45,234 nt of DNA from positions 1 through 45,234 of the forward strand of contig CBDCEW010000067.1 in NCBI GenBank assembly GCA_965215885.1, written 5' to 3'. The stretch is from Candidatus Moanibacter sp. GTDB taxonomy: Bacteria > Verrucomicrobiota > Verrucomicrobiia > Opitutales > UBA2987. A model generated the notes under the pieces. It was not told where the DNA came from, made no database searches, and worked only from the letters and a program-made list of their open reading frames with translations. Within the stretch, counting starts at the first letter, position 1. Each line of letters starts with the position of its first letter. This document shows positions 1-11,629 of the stretch, one piece after another. The position numbers were made by a program, and so were the translations under genes.

Positions 1-384
1 GGCTGCTAGAGACAAGGAAGCTGTCGGTCTCATCTGCGTCGGGATTAGGAATTAATATTCCGACAGATTCCTAACTCGAAAATCTCACTACCGATCCCGC
101 CCAGCGCATACGCGTAAACCTTATTTTCGCAACTTAGTCAGATTCAAAGACTTGCGAGGTATTTTGCGGCGGAGTATGAGGGTGTCTCTATCCTCGAGGT
201 TCCACTCCATTTGTTCGCCCTTTTCTATTTGCTTCGTTTCGACCACAGCGGTGAGGAAATTCGCAGTTGAGCGAGTGCATTTTGGCCGGGTTATCTTCTC
301 TACTTTTACCGGCTACCCCATTTTTTTTCACTTTGGCAGCATTTCATACTGTACATTCGTTTATATATAGGATTTATCCTTCGG

Positions 385-1443
385 ATGCAAAGTATAAAAA
401 AAGCTGATTGTATCCGTCAAACCTTCCGTAAGTTGAACCTCACAGCCCTCGCTAAACAGAGTGGTTTTAGAGAGAGGAAATCGCGCAAGATCTCCCCTCT
501 GAACTTTGTTTTGGCTTTGCTGGCGATGGCTTCTAAGGGGGCCTTGTCCCTTGGCAAAGAAGCCGAGCTTATTGGATTCTTAGCCAACCGCACCATTTCC
601 AGACAAGCGGTCCAAAAGTGCGCCAAAAAAGCCACCGCTTTTATGACCTTAGTGCTCCTGAGGCTTTTAGAACTTAAAGCTTATGGGCCTGTGGGCAGAG
701 CTGTTCCAAATTGCATGAGGAGCTTTGAACGGGTTCTCATTGCCGACAGCACTTCGATTGGCTTGCCTAAGGTCCTGGCCCCCTTCTTCCCCGGAGCGTC
801 CAATCAGACAGGCTCCAAACAGGCTCAACTGAAGATTCAGGCCTATTACGATCTGCGCAATGAATCCTTCGTTGACTTCAGCCTCAGTAGCTTCCGAAAA
901 AACGATCAGGCTGCTTCCAAAGACATTCTCGCTCTCGCTCAACCCAACGACTTGATCCTGCGCGACTTAGGCTATTTTGTCCTCGATGTCTTTAAGCAAC
1001 TCGATCAGCGCGGCTGCTTCTTTGTGAGTCGTTTGAAAACCGGCACTTGCCTTTTAGCCAACGAAGGCGATGAAGAGCTCGATCTACGCAAACTTTTACG
1101 TGGCCAAAAGCTTCTCGATATGCCCGTTCGGGTGGGTTAAAAAAGCCAAGCTTCCGGTTCGTCTGATCGCCGTCAAACTCCCTCAGAAGGTGGCCCATAA
1201 ACGCCGCCGCGAGCATAGACAAAACCGCGACAATAGACTTCGATATACCAGCCGCACCAGCTTCCTTCTCGGTTTCCAAATCTTTATTACCAACCTCCAT
1301 CAGAAAGACTTTAGCCCTAAGCAGATTCTGAGCTTTTACGGGCTTCGCTGGCGCATCGAAGTTCTCTTTGAGGCCTTTAAGCAACATCTTAATCTCGGTC
1401 AGGTCAAAGAGACTACTCCCTACCAGGTTGAGCTTCTTATCTA
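385..1443 (+). pseudogene. IS4-family DDE transposase, 5' part (frameshift near 1138, cut by nested IS)
   Basis: ADSTSI and LRDLGYF motifs, then Y..RW.IE..F...KQ (IS4 YREK signature) in the shifted frame 1070..1444. Confidence 0.88.
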
Positions 1444-3350
1444 GACCTTATCCGAAAAGCTACTGATTGGCCGCAAAGAGGCGCAAGAAAAACTTGAGAA
1501 AATCATTTTTTGGCTTGATAAAAAGTGTCGCAACATGCTAGTGTTTAACAACCTAAGATTAAGAAATGAGTTAAACATGCCAACATGTGCGACAGAGGAG
1601 AACAAAAGCGATAAGACGCCCCTTAGCAACCTCATTCTGCCGGTTCCAGACACGTAGTTCCGTGATTTTCTGGATGAAGTTGAAGAATTGGCCGGGTTCG
1701 CGGCGCAAATCATCGAGGCGATCGAGAAGGATCTGGGCGCCCATGCGCGTGAGAAGAAGAAACTTCGATTGGAAGATCGAAGGTTCTTTGAAGGGCGCAC
1801 AGCGGAGCTGCCGGAGCTGGACATCGAGGAGGAGAATATTCTGGCTGCTGAATTGAATCTTGGGGCAGGCCGGCCGCGGATGCCGGCTTATGCGGTATAC
1901 GTGTTCGTGATGATTCGAGGGTTTCTGGGTTCGTTGACCACGAAACCGGCACGGCGGTTTGTGCGCGAGTCGATGAGCTTGTACGGATTTTTGCAGAGCG
2001 GGGGACTGAGAATGCCGGCGGTGACGACGATTCTGGAGAACGTGAACCTGGTCAGCCATACGACCCGCGAGTTGATCTTTGATAAACAGATTGGGTTTAT
2101 CCTCCAGGAGCAATGGGACGATTTCGGGAAGCTGACGATCGACAGCACCTCGGTGAAAGCAAACAGCTGCTGGCCCACCGATGGGAAGATTCTGAGCGGT
2201 CTTTTGATGCGGGCCAATCGTTTGGGTCAGAAGTTGCATGTCTTCGGGCTGGAGGATTTTCGCAAGGGATGGGTTGGGCGTTGGCTGCAGGAGATGGACA
2301 AGCTGGAGTTTCAGATTTGTCTGGCCGCGGGCAAACCGAAGTCGAAGGGCAAGCTGAAGAAACACTACCGACGGTTGCTCAAGCGGGGCCGCAAGGCGGC
2401 CGACTCACTAACGGGGGAACTGAGCCATCTTGAAGAGGGCCTGTCGATGGATGCACTGCCTCCCACTCGCCGGGAGCTTCTGGAGCGGGCATTGAGCCAG
2501 ATCAGGGGCGATATTGCCGACGCCAAGCGGGTTGTTGAGTATGCTCATGATCGGGTGTTTCACGAAAAGAAGCTACCGTCCACACAGAAGGTCCTGAGCC
2601 TCTCGGACGGATCGGCGGCCTACATCAAGAAGGGCAGCCGCAATCCAGTGATCGGGTACAAGCCACAACTGGTTCGCAGCGAAAACGGTTTTGTCACCAG
2701 CCTGATCGTACCGCAAGGCAACGCGGGAGACTCCATTGAGCTGGCGCCGGCCATCGGCGATTCGATCAAGCGCACCGGTGTCATTGCTGAACTGGTCAGC
2801 ACCGATGACGGATATGCTTCGGCGAAGGGACGCAAGGAGGTGCTGAGCATGGGGGTAAAGCAGATCAGTATCAGTGGGGCGAAGGGCAAGAAGGTGACCA
2901 CCCCCGAGGACTGGGAGAGCGAGGCGTATCGCGAGGCACGCCGCGATCGCTCCGCAGTGGAGTCGCTGATGTTCACGATTAAAGATGGATTTGCCTTTGG
3001 CGAACTCGGCCGCCGCGGCATCGATGCGGTAGGCGATGAACTGCTCGAGAAGGTTCTGGCCTACAACTTCTGCCGCATCATACTGATGAAGAAACGCCGA
3101 GGGGAGGAACTGGAACAGGCAGCCTGAATCTGACCGCTTTGAAGCTCAGAGAAAAAAGCACCACGGGATGAGTATGCCTCCAGACAGCGGCAAATATACG
3201 TATTGTGCAGCAAGCCACGCCGATGGCCGCTCAATACCTGCTCATCGGCAGCGCCGGCAGCCTAAAACCCGAAACCTGCCAGCCATAGGCTGGTCCGCCC
3301 GTGGCGGAGAACCTTAAACCGCCCGCTCGAAAGGCTTTTCGAATGGGGTC
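1444..3350 (+). mobile_element. IS5/ISNCY-like insertion sequence nested in IS4 copy 1
   Basis: 17-bp imperfect TIRs GACCTTATCCGAAAAGC / rc GACCCCATTCGAAAAGC, with TA on both flanks. IS4 homology stops at 1443 and resumes at 3351. Confidence 0.85.
1577..3127 (+). CDS. DDE transposase (IS5/ISNCY-like); in-frame TAG at 1655-1657, longest open part 1688..3127
   Basis: IDSTSVKAN..WPTD, KVLSLSD..A.YIKKG...PVIGYK, DDGY and RSAVES motifs. ATG 1577 is in frame with the 479-aa ORF. Confidence 0.82.
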
Positions 3351-4000
3351 TAGCCAACGAAGGCGATGAAGAGCTCGATCTACGCAAACTTTTACGTGGC
3401 CAAAAGCTTCTCGATATGCCCGTTCGGGTGGGTAAAAAAGCCAAGCTTCCGGTTCGTCTGATCGCCGTCAAACTCCCTCAGAAGGTGGCCCATAAACGCC
3501 GCCGCGAGCATAGACAAAACCGCGACAATAGACTTCGATATACCAGCCGCACCAGCTTCCTTCTCGGTTTCCAAATCTTTATTACAAACCTCCATCAGAA
3601 AGACTTTAGCCCTAAGCAGATTCTGAGCTTTTACGGGCTTCGCTGGCGCATCGAAATTTTCTTTAAGGCCTTTAAGCAACATCTTAATCTCGGTCAGGTC
3701 AAAGAGACTACTCCCTACCAGGTTGAGCTTCTTATCTACGCCCGTCTCATCCTCATTACCCACTTACTCAACTTCGTCTATGGTCCCCTTAGACACTATT
3801 CGAATACCAGTTTGTCCTCTCCTCTGAGTATCCTTAAATTCTCCTACTGGTTTGGCTTCTTTGCTCCCTACTTCTTCATCCTCTCTCACATTCCCAAAGA
3901 TCAGATCATCCCCCGATGGCTCAAACAAATCCCCAAACACTGCACCTATGAAAAGCGTTCTCGACTTGATTTCCTCTCTTGTTTCTTCTCCTTAGGTTAA
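3351..4000 (+). pseudogene. IS4 transposase 3' part (repeats 1055-1443, then continues to the stop)
   Basis: ORF 3416..4000 contains YGLRWRIEIFFKAFKQ. 3351-3738 is a direct near-copy of 1055-1443. Confidence 0.88.
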
Positions 4001-4119
4001 CGCAAATGCGCTCAGCGGGACGAGGGAGAATGACGAAGCAATCCAGGCATTCGACCTTCTTCAGCGGAAGGGGAGTATCTCGGTCGAACCCCGAGTCAGG
4101 CCCGCTCAACCCGCGATAA

Positions 4120-4482
4120 CGTCGACCATGTTTACGACGAAGCTTGCGACAAAGGTTCCCTAACGGGGTGAAATGTTCACATCAACTTCATCGGAAGCCT
4201 CGTTCTTCCCATCGTTCTCGTTATTCCCGCTCAGCGGGATCCTCGTTCTCGAAATCCCGTTCTAAGAGGGATTGCCCGCTAAACACGCGAAAAAGCGCAA
4301 AAGGAAGGAGGAGGTATTGCAACGGATACAAGGACAGCAACGAATGAGGGGGTCTGGGGTAGTGGGTCTACCAGAGATCGACAAAGCTCGCGACAATGCT
4401 TACGACGAAGTTTGGAAGGTGCTTCGGTCAAGTCCGCGGGGGAGATTTCGACAAAGCTTACGACGAAGCTTACGATTAAGTT
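4120..4482. repeat. Intergenic mosaic of short degenerate repeats and a TCCCGCTCAGCGGGA hairpin upstream of GT41 gene 1
   Basis: 12-bp-period ACGACAAAGC(T/C)T-like units, CGTTCT hexamers and a CCCGCTAAACACGCGAAA module. Homologous to ~26100-26300 on the minus strand. Confidence 0.8.
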
Positions 4483-4560
4483 TTGGAGAGCGCCTCTCCC
4501 CATCTGCTGCTGTCCTTTTATCCGTTGCTACACCCTTCCTTTTGTCTCACTTTTCCCTCG

Positions 4561-7035
4561 ATGTCCTCTTCTCATGATCTCTACGCTGCAGCGGTCGACG
4601 CCTACAAGGAGAGCAACTATCCGGAAGCTGAGCAATTGTGCCGGGAGGTTCTGCAGTCGGAACCGAGGCGCGTGGAGGCGTGGAATTTGCTGGGGGCGCT
4701 CTACCGTGTGGCGCAGCGATGGGAAGAGGCCAGGCGGTGCTTTCGCGAGGCTCTGAAAGGGGAACCGGAAAACGCCGCTCTGCACAACAACCTGGGAGAG
4801 ATGTATCGCCTGGAGGGCGAGCGGGAGGAGGCCGAGAGCCACTTTCGCAAGGCCCTGGCGATCGAACCCAACTATGCGGCGGCCCATAACAATCTCGGAC
4901 TGGCGCTGCAGGGCCTGGACCGGCTGGAAGAGGCGGAAGAGTGTTTGAGAAAGGCGGTCGCTCTGAAACCGGACTACGCCACGGCGCACTGCAACCTGGG
5001 GATTCTGTTGAGCGAGACAGACCGGCCGGAAGAGGCGGCGGAGACTCTCGAGAGGGCGCTGGAGATCGAGCCCAATTACGCTCCCGCCTACAACGCGCTA
5101 GGCGCCGTGCGGCAGAACCAGGGAGATTTCGAGGCGGCCATATCCTCGTACGAAGAGGCCATCCGGCTCAACCCCCGGTTCGCGAGAGCCCATGCCAACC
5201 TGGGCAAGACCTACGAACAAATTGGGAAGCCGAAAGAGGCGGCGGCACAGTTCGCCAAAGCGATCGAAGCCGATGCGGCATACCTGCCGGCCTACTGTCG
5301 ACTGGGGCGGCTCCACCGCAAAGAGGAGAACCTGGCGGTGGCGGAGCGGATCATGGAGCGAGCGCTCGAGGTGGACCAGAATCATGTCGATGCCCTGCTC
5401 GAACTCGGTATCGTGCTGAGGGAGCAAAGTCGCTATTCCGATGCCTTGCGGGTTCTCTTTCGAGCGGCAAAACTGGATAACAGATCGGCGAGGATTCAAG
5501 TTCAATTGGCGGGCCTCTTCGAGGACCTGGAGCGCAATGATGAAGCTTTGAAAGCCTACCGGCGCGCCTTGAAACTTAATCCCGATCTTTCCGACGCCCT
5601 CGTCAATACAATGAATATCAAGGCCGCGATCTGCCAATGGGAGGATTGGACGAGTGAGAGGGACCGAATCGCTGAACTCACCCGGGAACAGTTAGAAAAG
5701 GGCGCCGTTACTTCGGTGGCGCCCTTTTGCCCGGCGTGTTTCCAATTACCGGCGGAAATGCAGCTGGCCGTGCACCGGCGATGGTCCGAGAAAAGATGCG
5801 AGGAAGTGGCGGCCATACGATCGGAAGTTCAACGCGGACGAGAGGAAGAGAGAGGTTCGGGCGCGGAGGTACAGGGAGACGCGAACGCTCCAAGAATCGA
5901 GGAGGGTGAAAGCAACGGGTCGAAGAAAAGGCGCATCCGGCTCGCTTATTTATCCCACGACTTTCGCAACCACCCCATCGCCCATCAGATAAGGGGTATT
6001 TTCGCCCTCCATTCCCGCGACGACTTCGAAGTTTTTGCCTATTCTTTCGGGCCCGATGACGACAGCGTTTACCGCCGGGATATCGAACGTGACAGCGAGC
6101 AATTTATCGATATCGAATCGTGTTCTTTGCGACAATGCGTCGAGCGAATTCTTAAGGACGATATCGATATCCTGGTCGATCATATGGGATACACGAAAAA
6201 TTCGCGGCCCAAGGTCCTCGCGGCGCATCCCGCTCGCATCCAGGTAAGTCACATCTATCCCGGCTCCATGGGCGCGGGTATGATCGATTATCAGATAACG
6301 GACAGGATGATTACACCGCCCGGAAAGGAGAATCTATTCCACGAAAATCTCGTCACCCTACCCCACTCTCTCTTCGTCTGCGACGACGAGCAACCGATCT
6401 CCCCAAAACGATTTCAAAGGGCTGAGTGCGGACTTCCCGAAGATGGCTTCGTCTTCTGCTGCTTCACCGGAGGATTTAAGATCGAACCTCGGATATTTGG
6501 CACCTGGATGCGGATTCTGAAGGCGGTCCCGGGTAGCGTTTTGTGGCTTTACAAGAGTAGTTCCGAGGCGGAGGAAAACCTCAAAAGGGAAGCTCTCTCC
6601 AGAGGTGTCGAAGAGGGCCGTCTCATCTTCGCGACTAACCTGCCCAAACCGGAACACCTCGCGCGGCATTGCCTGGCCGATCTCTTTCTCGATACCCTTG
6701 ACTACAACGCCGGCACCACCGCCTGTGATGCCCTCTGGGCCGGTCTGCCGCTCATCTCCTGTCCGGGCGAGAGCCACGCCTCGCGGCTGGGAGCGAGCCT
6801 CCTCAACGCCATCGGGTTCAACGAACTGATCATGCCCGACCTGGAAACCTATGAGCAGACCGCGATTCGCCTTGCCGAAAATCCCAAAGAACTGGCAGCG
6901 GTGAAAAGTAAACTCGAGGAGAATCGCACAACCTGGCCCCTCTTCAATACCGCACGGTGGGTGCGGTATTGGGAGAAGGCGCTGAGGGCGATGTGGGAGC
7001 GGTATGAGAGGGGTGACAAGCCGAGAGCGAATTGA
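4561..7035 (+). CDS. TPR-repeat O-GlcNAc transferase/SPINDLY-like glycosyltransferase (GT41), copy 1
   Basis: Long TPR array (A.A.NNLG...EA...ALEI.P), then SHDFRNHP, DIDILVD..GYT, FKI, LADLFLDT..YNAGTT..DALWAG.P and LFNT..W. ATG 4561 chosen by homology to the starts of the other three paralogs. Confidence 0.92.
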   Translation: MSSSHDLYAAAVDAYKESNYPEAEQLCREVLQSEPRRVEAWNLLGALYRVAQRWEEARRCFREALKGEPENAALHNNLGEMYRLEGEREEAESHFRKALAIEPNYAAAHNNLGLALQGLDRLEEAEECLRKAVALKPDYATAHCNLGILLSETDRPEEAAETLERALEIEPNYAPAYNALGAVRQNQGDFEAAISSYEEAIRLNPRFARAHANLGKTYEQIGKPKEAAAQFAKAIEADAAYLPAYCRLGRLHRKEENLAVAERIMERALEVDQNHVDALLELGIVLREQSRYSDALRVLFRAAKLDNRSARIQVQLAGLFEDLERNDEALKAYRRALKLNPDLSDALVNTMNIKAAICQWEDWTSERDRIAELTREQLEKGAVTSVAPFCPACFQLPAEMQLAVHRRWSEKRCEEVAAIRSEVQRGREEERGSGAEVQGDANAPRIEEGESNGSKKRRIRLAYLSHDFRNHPIAHQIRGIFALHSRDDFEVFAYSFGPDDDSVYRRDIERDSEQFIDIESCSLRQCVERILKDDIDILVDHMGYTKNSRPKVLAAHPARIQVSHIYPGSMGAGMIDYQITDRMITPPGKENLFHENLVTLPHSLFVCDDEQPISPKRFQRAECGLPEDGFVFCCFTGGFKIEPRIFGTWMRILKAVPGSVLWLYKSSSEAEENLKREALSRGVEEGRLIFATNLPKPEHLARHCLADLFLDTLDYNAGTTACDALWAGLPLISCPGESHASRLGASLLNAIGFNELIMPDLETYEQTAIRLAENPKELAAVKSKLEENRTTWPLFNTARWVRYWEKALRAMWERYERGDKPRAN

Positions 7036-7049
7036 GGTGGAGGAGTGAG

Positions 7050-8350
7050 GAGGAGGTGCCCGCCTTCGCTAAAGCTATGGAGGATGTACCCGCGAATAAA
7101 CACGAATAAGGAGAGAGACTTTCACCGCCGCGGATGAAAACGGATGGGAAGGGAGGTGGAAAGAGTAGAAACGGCGAACCATGGAATCGTCGAGGGGATG
7201 TCGACCTTCGCAGTCGCCATCGTCCTCGTAATCGTTCTCGTCCTCGTTCTCGAAAGAGGGAGGCCCGCCAAACACGCGAAGACGCAAAGGGGAAGAGGTG
7301 AGAATGCGATTGAAGAGACGGGAACCGGCGAAAGTGTGAAACTGGGAAAGGGCGAGGATAGGGAGAGGCAGAACGGAGCAATGAGGTAGCCGCCCTGCCG
7401 CACGGCAGGGTGGGAGCGACGAACGGAGATCGACTTTCGACTACGATTGTGATTACGTTTGTCGATTGGAGAGACCACGCCGTTGCCCGCGCGGCTACGG
7501 GGAGGACGATCCACACTTAGTCTTCGATACTTAGCCCCCTACCCTTCGTCCCAAACACTTAGTCGCCGCACTTAGTCTCTGCCGGAGGGCTATTCGACTA
7601 AGTGGAAAAGACTAAGGGTAACCGACTAAAGGTGAAGGACTAACTGTGCTCTGCATGAGTCCGAAGCAGGCGATTATGCCCGCGAATGACGCGAAAATGC
7701 GCAAAATTGAGAGGGAAGAGAGAACCGCAGATGAACGCGGATAGGATGAGGGGGAATTGAATTCTGGAAGGCTGGAACAATTGGATACCGTAGGGTTGCG
7801 GGTTGCCCCCTACGGTATAGCAGGGTGGACGAACCGACGAAGCCGACGACAAAGATTGCGGCAACGGATAGAGAGATTCCGATACATCGGGTTGTAGAGT
7901 GGAAGATTGGTTTGTCCGTATTCTGTCACCCAACGTCCAACATCGAACGTCGAACGTCCAATCAGGCGGTTCCACGCGGGCAACTCGAGATAACGCGAGG
8001 CAGGAAAACGAAGGAAAAAATGAACCCCGACAATCGTACTCGTTCTCGATTTTCCCGCGGAATTTGACCGCTTTCCCCAGCTCAGCGGGATGCGCCGAGC
8101 CAGGGAAGACCGTGGATGCCCAATCAGCGGGATTGTGGCGAGCCAAGAAGGGGGAGGTGTAGTAACGGATGAGTTGTGGTCAGAGGTCGAGCGGCTGCAA
8201 GCTCTTCTCTTTGTCGTCAGCCTTACCGCAAACTTTCCACGCTCTCTTTCTTGCCTTTGCGTGAGAATCCTCCGGCATTTGGACAAAGCTGACGTCGAAG
8301 TTTACGACCCGTCGTCGTTCCACTGTGCCGAGGCAGGCGAAGTATGGGAA
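7050..8350. repeat. Intergenic mosaic of short tandem-repeat modules and REP-like hairpins
   Basis: CGTCCT/CGTTCT hexamers (~7220-7252), ACTTAGTC/GACTAAG arrays (7515-7645), AACGTCC/AACGTCG heptamers (~7932-7962), GCGGATGAA modules and CCTTCGCTAAAGCTATGGAGG (7059-7084). Confidence 0.8.
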
Positions 8351-8383
8351 GGGATGTTTGATGCCGGACTTGCCCGTTCAGGT

Positions 8384-8932
8384 TCAAAAAATCTGATCGG
8401 TATTGAGGAGAAAGCCGGGAAAGAGTCGCGAGCATAGAACCTCGCCCCGTTCGAACGTGGAATACGGCTCGGTGGGATCTTCCTGAAGCGCGTAGAGAGC
8501 GACCCCCTTTTCGACCGGGTCGATGAGCCACAGCTCCTTCACACCATACTGCGCATAGGTCTTGCGTTTCAAGTCCCTGTCGATTCCTGCCGTTGATGGG
8601 GAAAGTATCTCCACTGTGAGGTCAGGTGCGCCATCAATCGCGCTTTCCTTTACAATCTTCAATCGATCCCGTGCCACGAAAATCAGATCGGGTTGAAACA
8701 CATCGTTTTCGGAAAGTCGGACATCGAGAGGGGCAAGGTAGACTTTACCCAGATTACTCTCTAGAATAAAGGGCGCCAAAATTAAATGAAGGCTTCCCAG
8801 AATCTCTTGATGATAAGCGGCCGGTGACGGGGTCATGAAGAGTTTTCCTCCTATTAATTGATAATACGGGGGGCCTTCCGAAAGTTGCTGATATTCATCA
8901 GCGGTAATCAGTAATTCTGTACTCAAGTCCAT
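8384..8932 (-). CDS. Uma2-family (PD-(D/E)XK, DUF820-like) endonuclease
   Basis: T..EY..L.E...YQLI.G.L.M.PSP...HQ, FQPDL.FV, GAPDL.VEILSPST...D...K...Y...GVKE.WLIDP. ATG 8932 lies inside ORF 8384..9325. Confidence 0.9.
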   Translation of the reverse strand: MDLSTELLITADEYQQLSEGPPYYQLIGGKLFMTPSPAAYHQEILGSLHLILAPFILESNLGKVYLAPLDVRLSENDVFQPDLIFVARDRLKIVKESAIDGAPDLTVEILSPSTAGIDRDLKRKTYAQYGVKELWLIDPVEKGVALYALQEDPTEPYSTFERGEVLCSRLFPGFLLNTDQIF

Positions 8933-9019
8933 CGCCAGGAATCTGTCGGACCTAAGATCCTGCCATGGAGGTGCCGATTTGCAAACAGGAAGTTTGCCAG
9001 AGATCGCGAGAGGGTGAAG

Positions 9020-9305
9020 GTGCCCGCTAAACGCGAAAAAACGCGAAAAAGAAAAGGAGGTATTAGCAGCGGATGAAAGGAGAGCAACGGATGAGTTGTG
9101 GTGAGCGGCTGAGGCGCCACAAGCTCTTCCCTTTGTCGTAAGCATTGTCGCGAGCTTTGTCGATTCTTGATCACTTTCATGATTACGATTGAAGAGAGTT
9201 GGTTTCTCTTTATCGTAAACTTGGTCGTCAATCCCGCTCAGCGGACCTTCGACCTTTGACCTTTGACCACCGACCATGTCTTCTGAATTCTGACCTCTGA
9301 CCACT
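9020..9305. repeat. Repeat mosaic upstream of GT41 gene 2
   Basis: CCCGCTAAACGCGAAA module, 12-bp CTTTGTCG units, ATCCCGCTCAGCGGA hairpin (~9231), TTGACCT/CTGACCT heptamers (~9245-9302). Confidence 0.75.
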
Positions 9306-9312
9306 TCCTCTA

Positions 9313-11628
9313 ATGCCCTCCTCAAACGAACTCTTCACCCAGGCAGCAGAGGCCTACCGACAGGGTAACTTGCGGGAGGCGGAGCGGTGTTGCCGGGAGG
9401 TTCTGCGCGCGGAGCCGAAATGGGCGGAGGCATGGAACCTATTGGGAGCGCTCTACCGGCGGGCATCCCGTTGGGAAGAGGCAAAGCGATGCTTTCGCGA
9501 GGCGCTCAAAGTAGAGCCCGAGAACGCAGCCTTTCTGAACAACCTGGGGGAGGCGCATCGACTCGCGGGCGAACTCGAGAAGGCACAGAAGTACTTCCGG
9601 GAAGCGATTCAGAATAGTCCCGAATACATAAGGGCCTACAATAACCTGGGAATCACCCTTCAGTCGGAAGGTCGCTTTGAGGAAGCGGAGGCGAAGCTGC
9701 GCCAGGCAATCGACCTGAACCCTCAATATGCCGCGGCCCGGAACAATCTTGGAAACGCCCTCTACGCGCAGGAACGGTCGGAGGATGCGACTCCCCACTA
9801 CCGGGAGGCGATCGCATTGCAGCCAAACTACGCGAGGGCTTACAACGGACTGGGGCTGGCACTGCAGCACATGGGGGAAAAAGAGGAGGCAGTGGCGCAT
9901 TTCAGAAAGACGATCGAGATCGAACCGCGCTATGCGAAAGGACATTACAATCTGGCCGGAGTTTACCGGGAACTGGAAAGAGGAGAAGCGGCCCTGGCCG
10001 CGCTGGAAGAAGCTCTGCGAATCGACCCGGAATACACCAGCGCCCTCATTCGCAAAGGAGCGCTCCTGCTCGATGCGAAGAAACCGGAGGAAGCTTTGGA
10101 GGTTCAGCGTAGAGCTGTAGAAATCGATCCGGAAAACGCCGATGCGCACCTCCAACAGGGCCGTGCTATGCTCGCCCTGAAGCAATTCGTCAAGGCCAAG
10201 GAAACGTTTGCGAACACGGTCCACCTCGACCCCGAAAATGGCGAGGCGCGGAATCATCTCGACCACGCTTGCGCCGTCGTCTGCGACTGGAAATCCCGGG
10301 AAGAGAACCTTCCCCGGTTGATGGAGATGATTGAAGAAGAGGGCGGGGAGGGGCCGGAACACCCTGGCACCCCCTTTTTCGGCCCTCAGTTTCCTCCTTA
10401 CGCCGGAACAGCAACTGGCCACGACCCGCCTCTGGTCAGCGCAAATCAGCAAAAAAACAGAAGCTCATCGGGAGGCATTCGCCACTCGAAGAGCCGAAAA
10501 GCGCCAGGGCAGGCTCCGCGTCGGTTATCTCTCCTATAACTTCCGGGATCATGCTACAAGCCACCTCATACAGGGACTCTTCGAACTGCATGACAGAACC
10601 GAATTCGAGGTTTTTGCCTATTCCATGGGGCCGGATGACAGAAGCGAATATCGCAAACGCATCGCGCGAGACAGCGACCATTTTATCGATATCGCCGAAT
10701 TGACGAACGCAGAGAGCGGAGAGCGGATATACGACGACGCTATCGATATACTCATCGACTTGATGGGTTACTGCGCGGACTGCCGTCCGGAGATTGTCGC
10801 CCAAAGACCGGCGCCGGTCCAGGTCAGCTACTTCTACCCGGCGACAATGGGTGGTGACTTTATTGATTATCTCGTCACCGATCGAGTCGTGAATCCTCCG
10901 GAAACGGAACATTATTACCACGAAAAGCTCGTCCGCATGCTGTACTCCTATTTTGTTAACGACCACCGGCAACCAATCTCAGAAGGGAGATTATCGCGCG
11001 CCGACTGTGCACTCCCCGACGATGGATTCGTCTTCTGCTACTTCAACGGAAATCAAAAGATCGATCACGAGATTTTCGAGGTGTGGATGGGGATTCTCTC
11101 GGAGGTTCCAAACAGCGTCCTATGGCTCTACCGGAGCACGACTGGGCCGGAGGCGAACTTACGCAAAGAAGCGGAAAAGCGTGGAGTGGAAAGTCACCGC
11201 ATCGTCTTCGCGGATTCTCTAACCAAAACCCCAGCATCTGGCGCGCCACCGACTGGCGGGCCTCTTTCTCGACACGTTGGTTTACAATGCTCATACCACC
11301 GCGAGCGACGCCCTTTGGACAGGATTGCCCCTCATCACTCTGCCGGGAGAGACCTTTGCATGCAGAGTCGCGGCCAGTCTGCTGACCGCCGTCGGAATGC
11401 CGGAACTCATTATGCCCGACCTCGAGACCTACGAGAAGACGGCGATCCGCCTGGCGACAAATCCCGGAGAACTTCAAGGAATAAGAGACAAGCTGGCGAA
11501 GAATCGCACCACCACCCCGCTCTTCGACACCCCCCGCTGGACACGGAACTGGGAAAAAGCGCTGAAGATCATCTGGGAGCCGTTATGAACGGGGTGAGGA
11601 GCCGGGGCACTTGGAAGTTGAAGAGTGA
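9313..11628 (+). pseudogene. TPR + GT41 glycosyltransferase, copy 2 (several frameshifts; real or assembly error)
   Basis: TPRs in ORF 9313..10539; SYNFRDHATSH and FNGNQKI in 10331..11680; YNAHTTASDALWTG in 11277..11588. The C-terminal ...EVEE* ends at 11628. Confidence 0.88.
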
Positions 11629-11629
11629 A

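Larger units (their letters stand above)
107..4008 (+). mobile_element. IS4-family insertion sequence, copy 1, interrupted by a nested IS and carrying an internal duplication
   Basis: Imperfect terminal inverted repeats CATACGCGTAAACCTTA (107) vs reverse complement of the right end CATTTGCGTTAACCTAA (ending 4008). 9-bp near-identical flanks CGCCCAGCG (98-106) / CGCTCAGCG (4009-4017). Near-identical to 17978-19573 on the minus strand. Confidence 0.9.
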
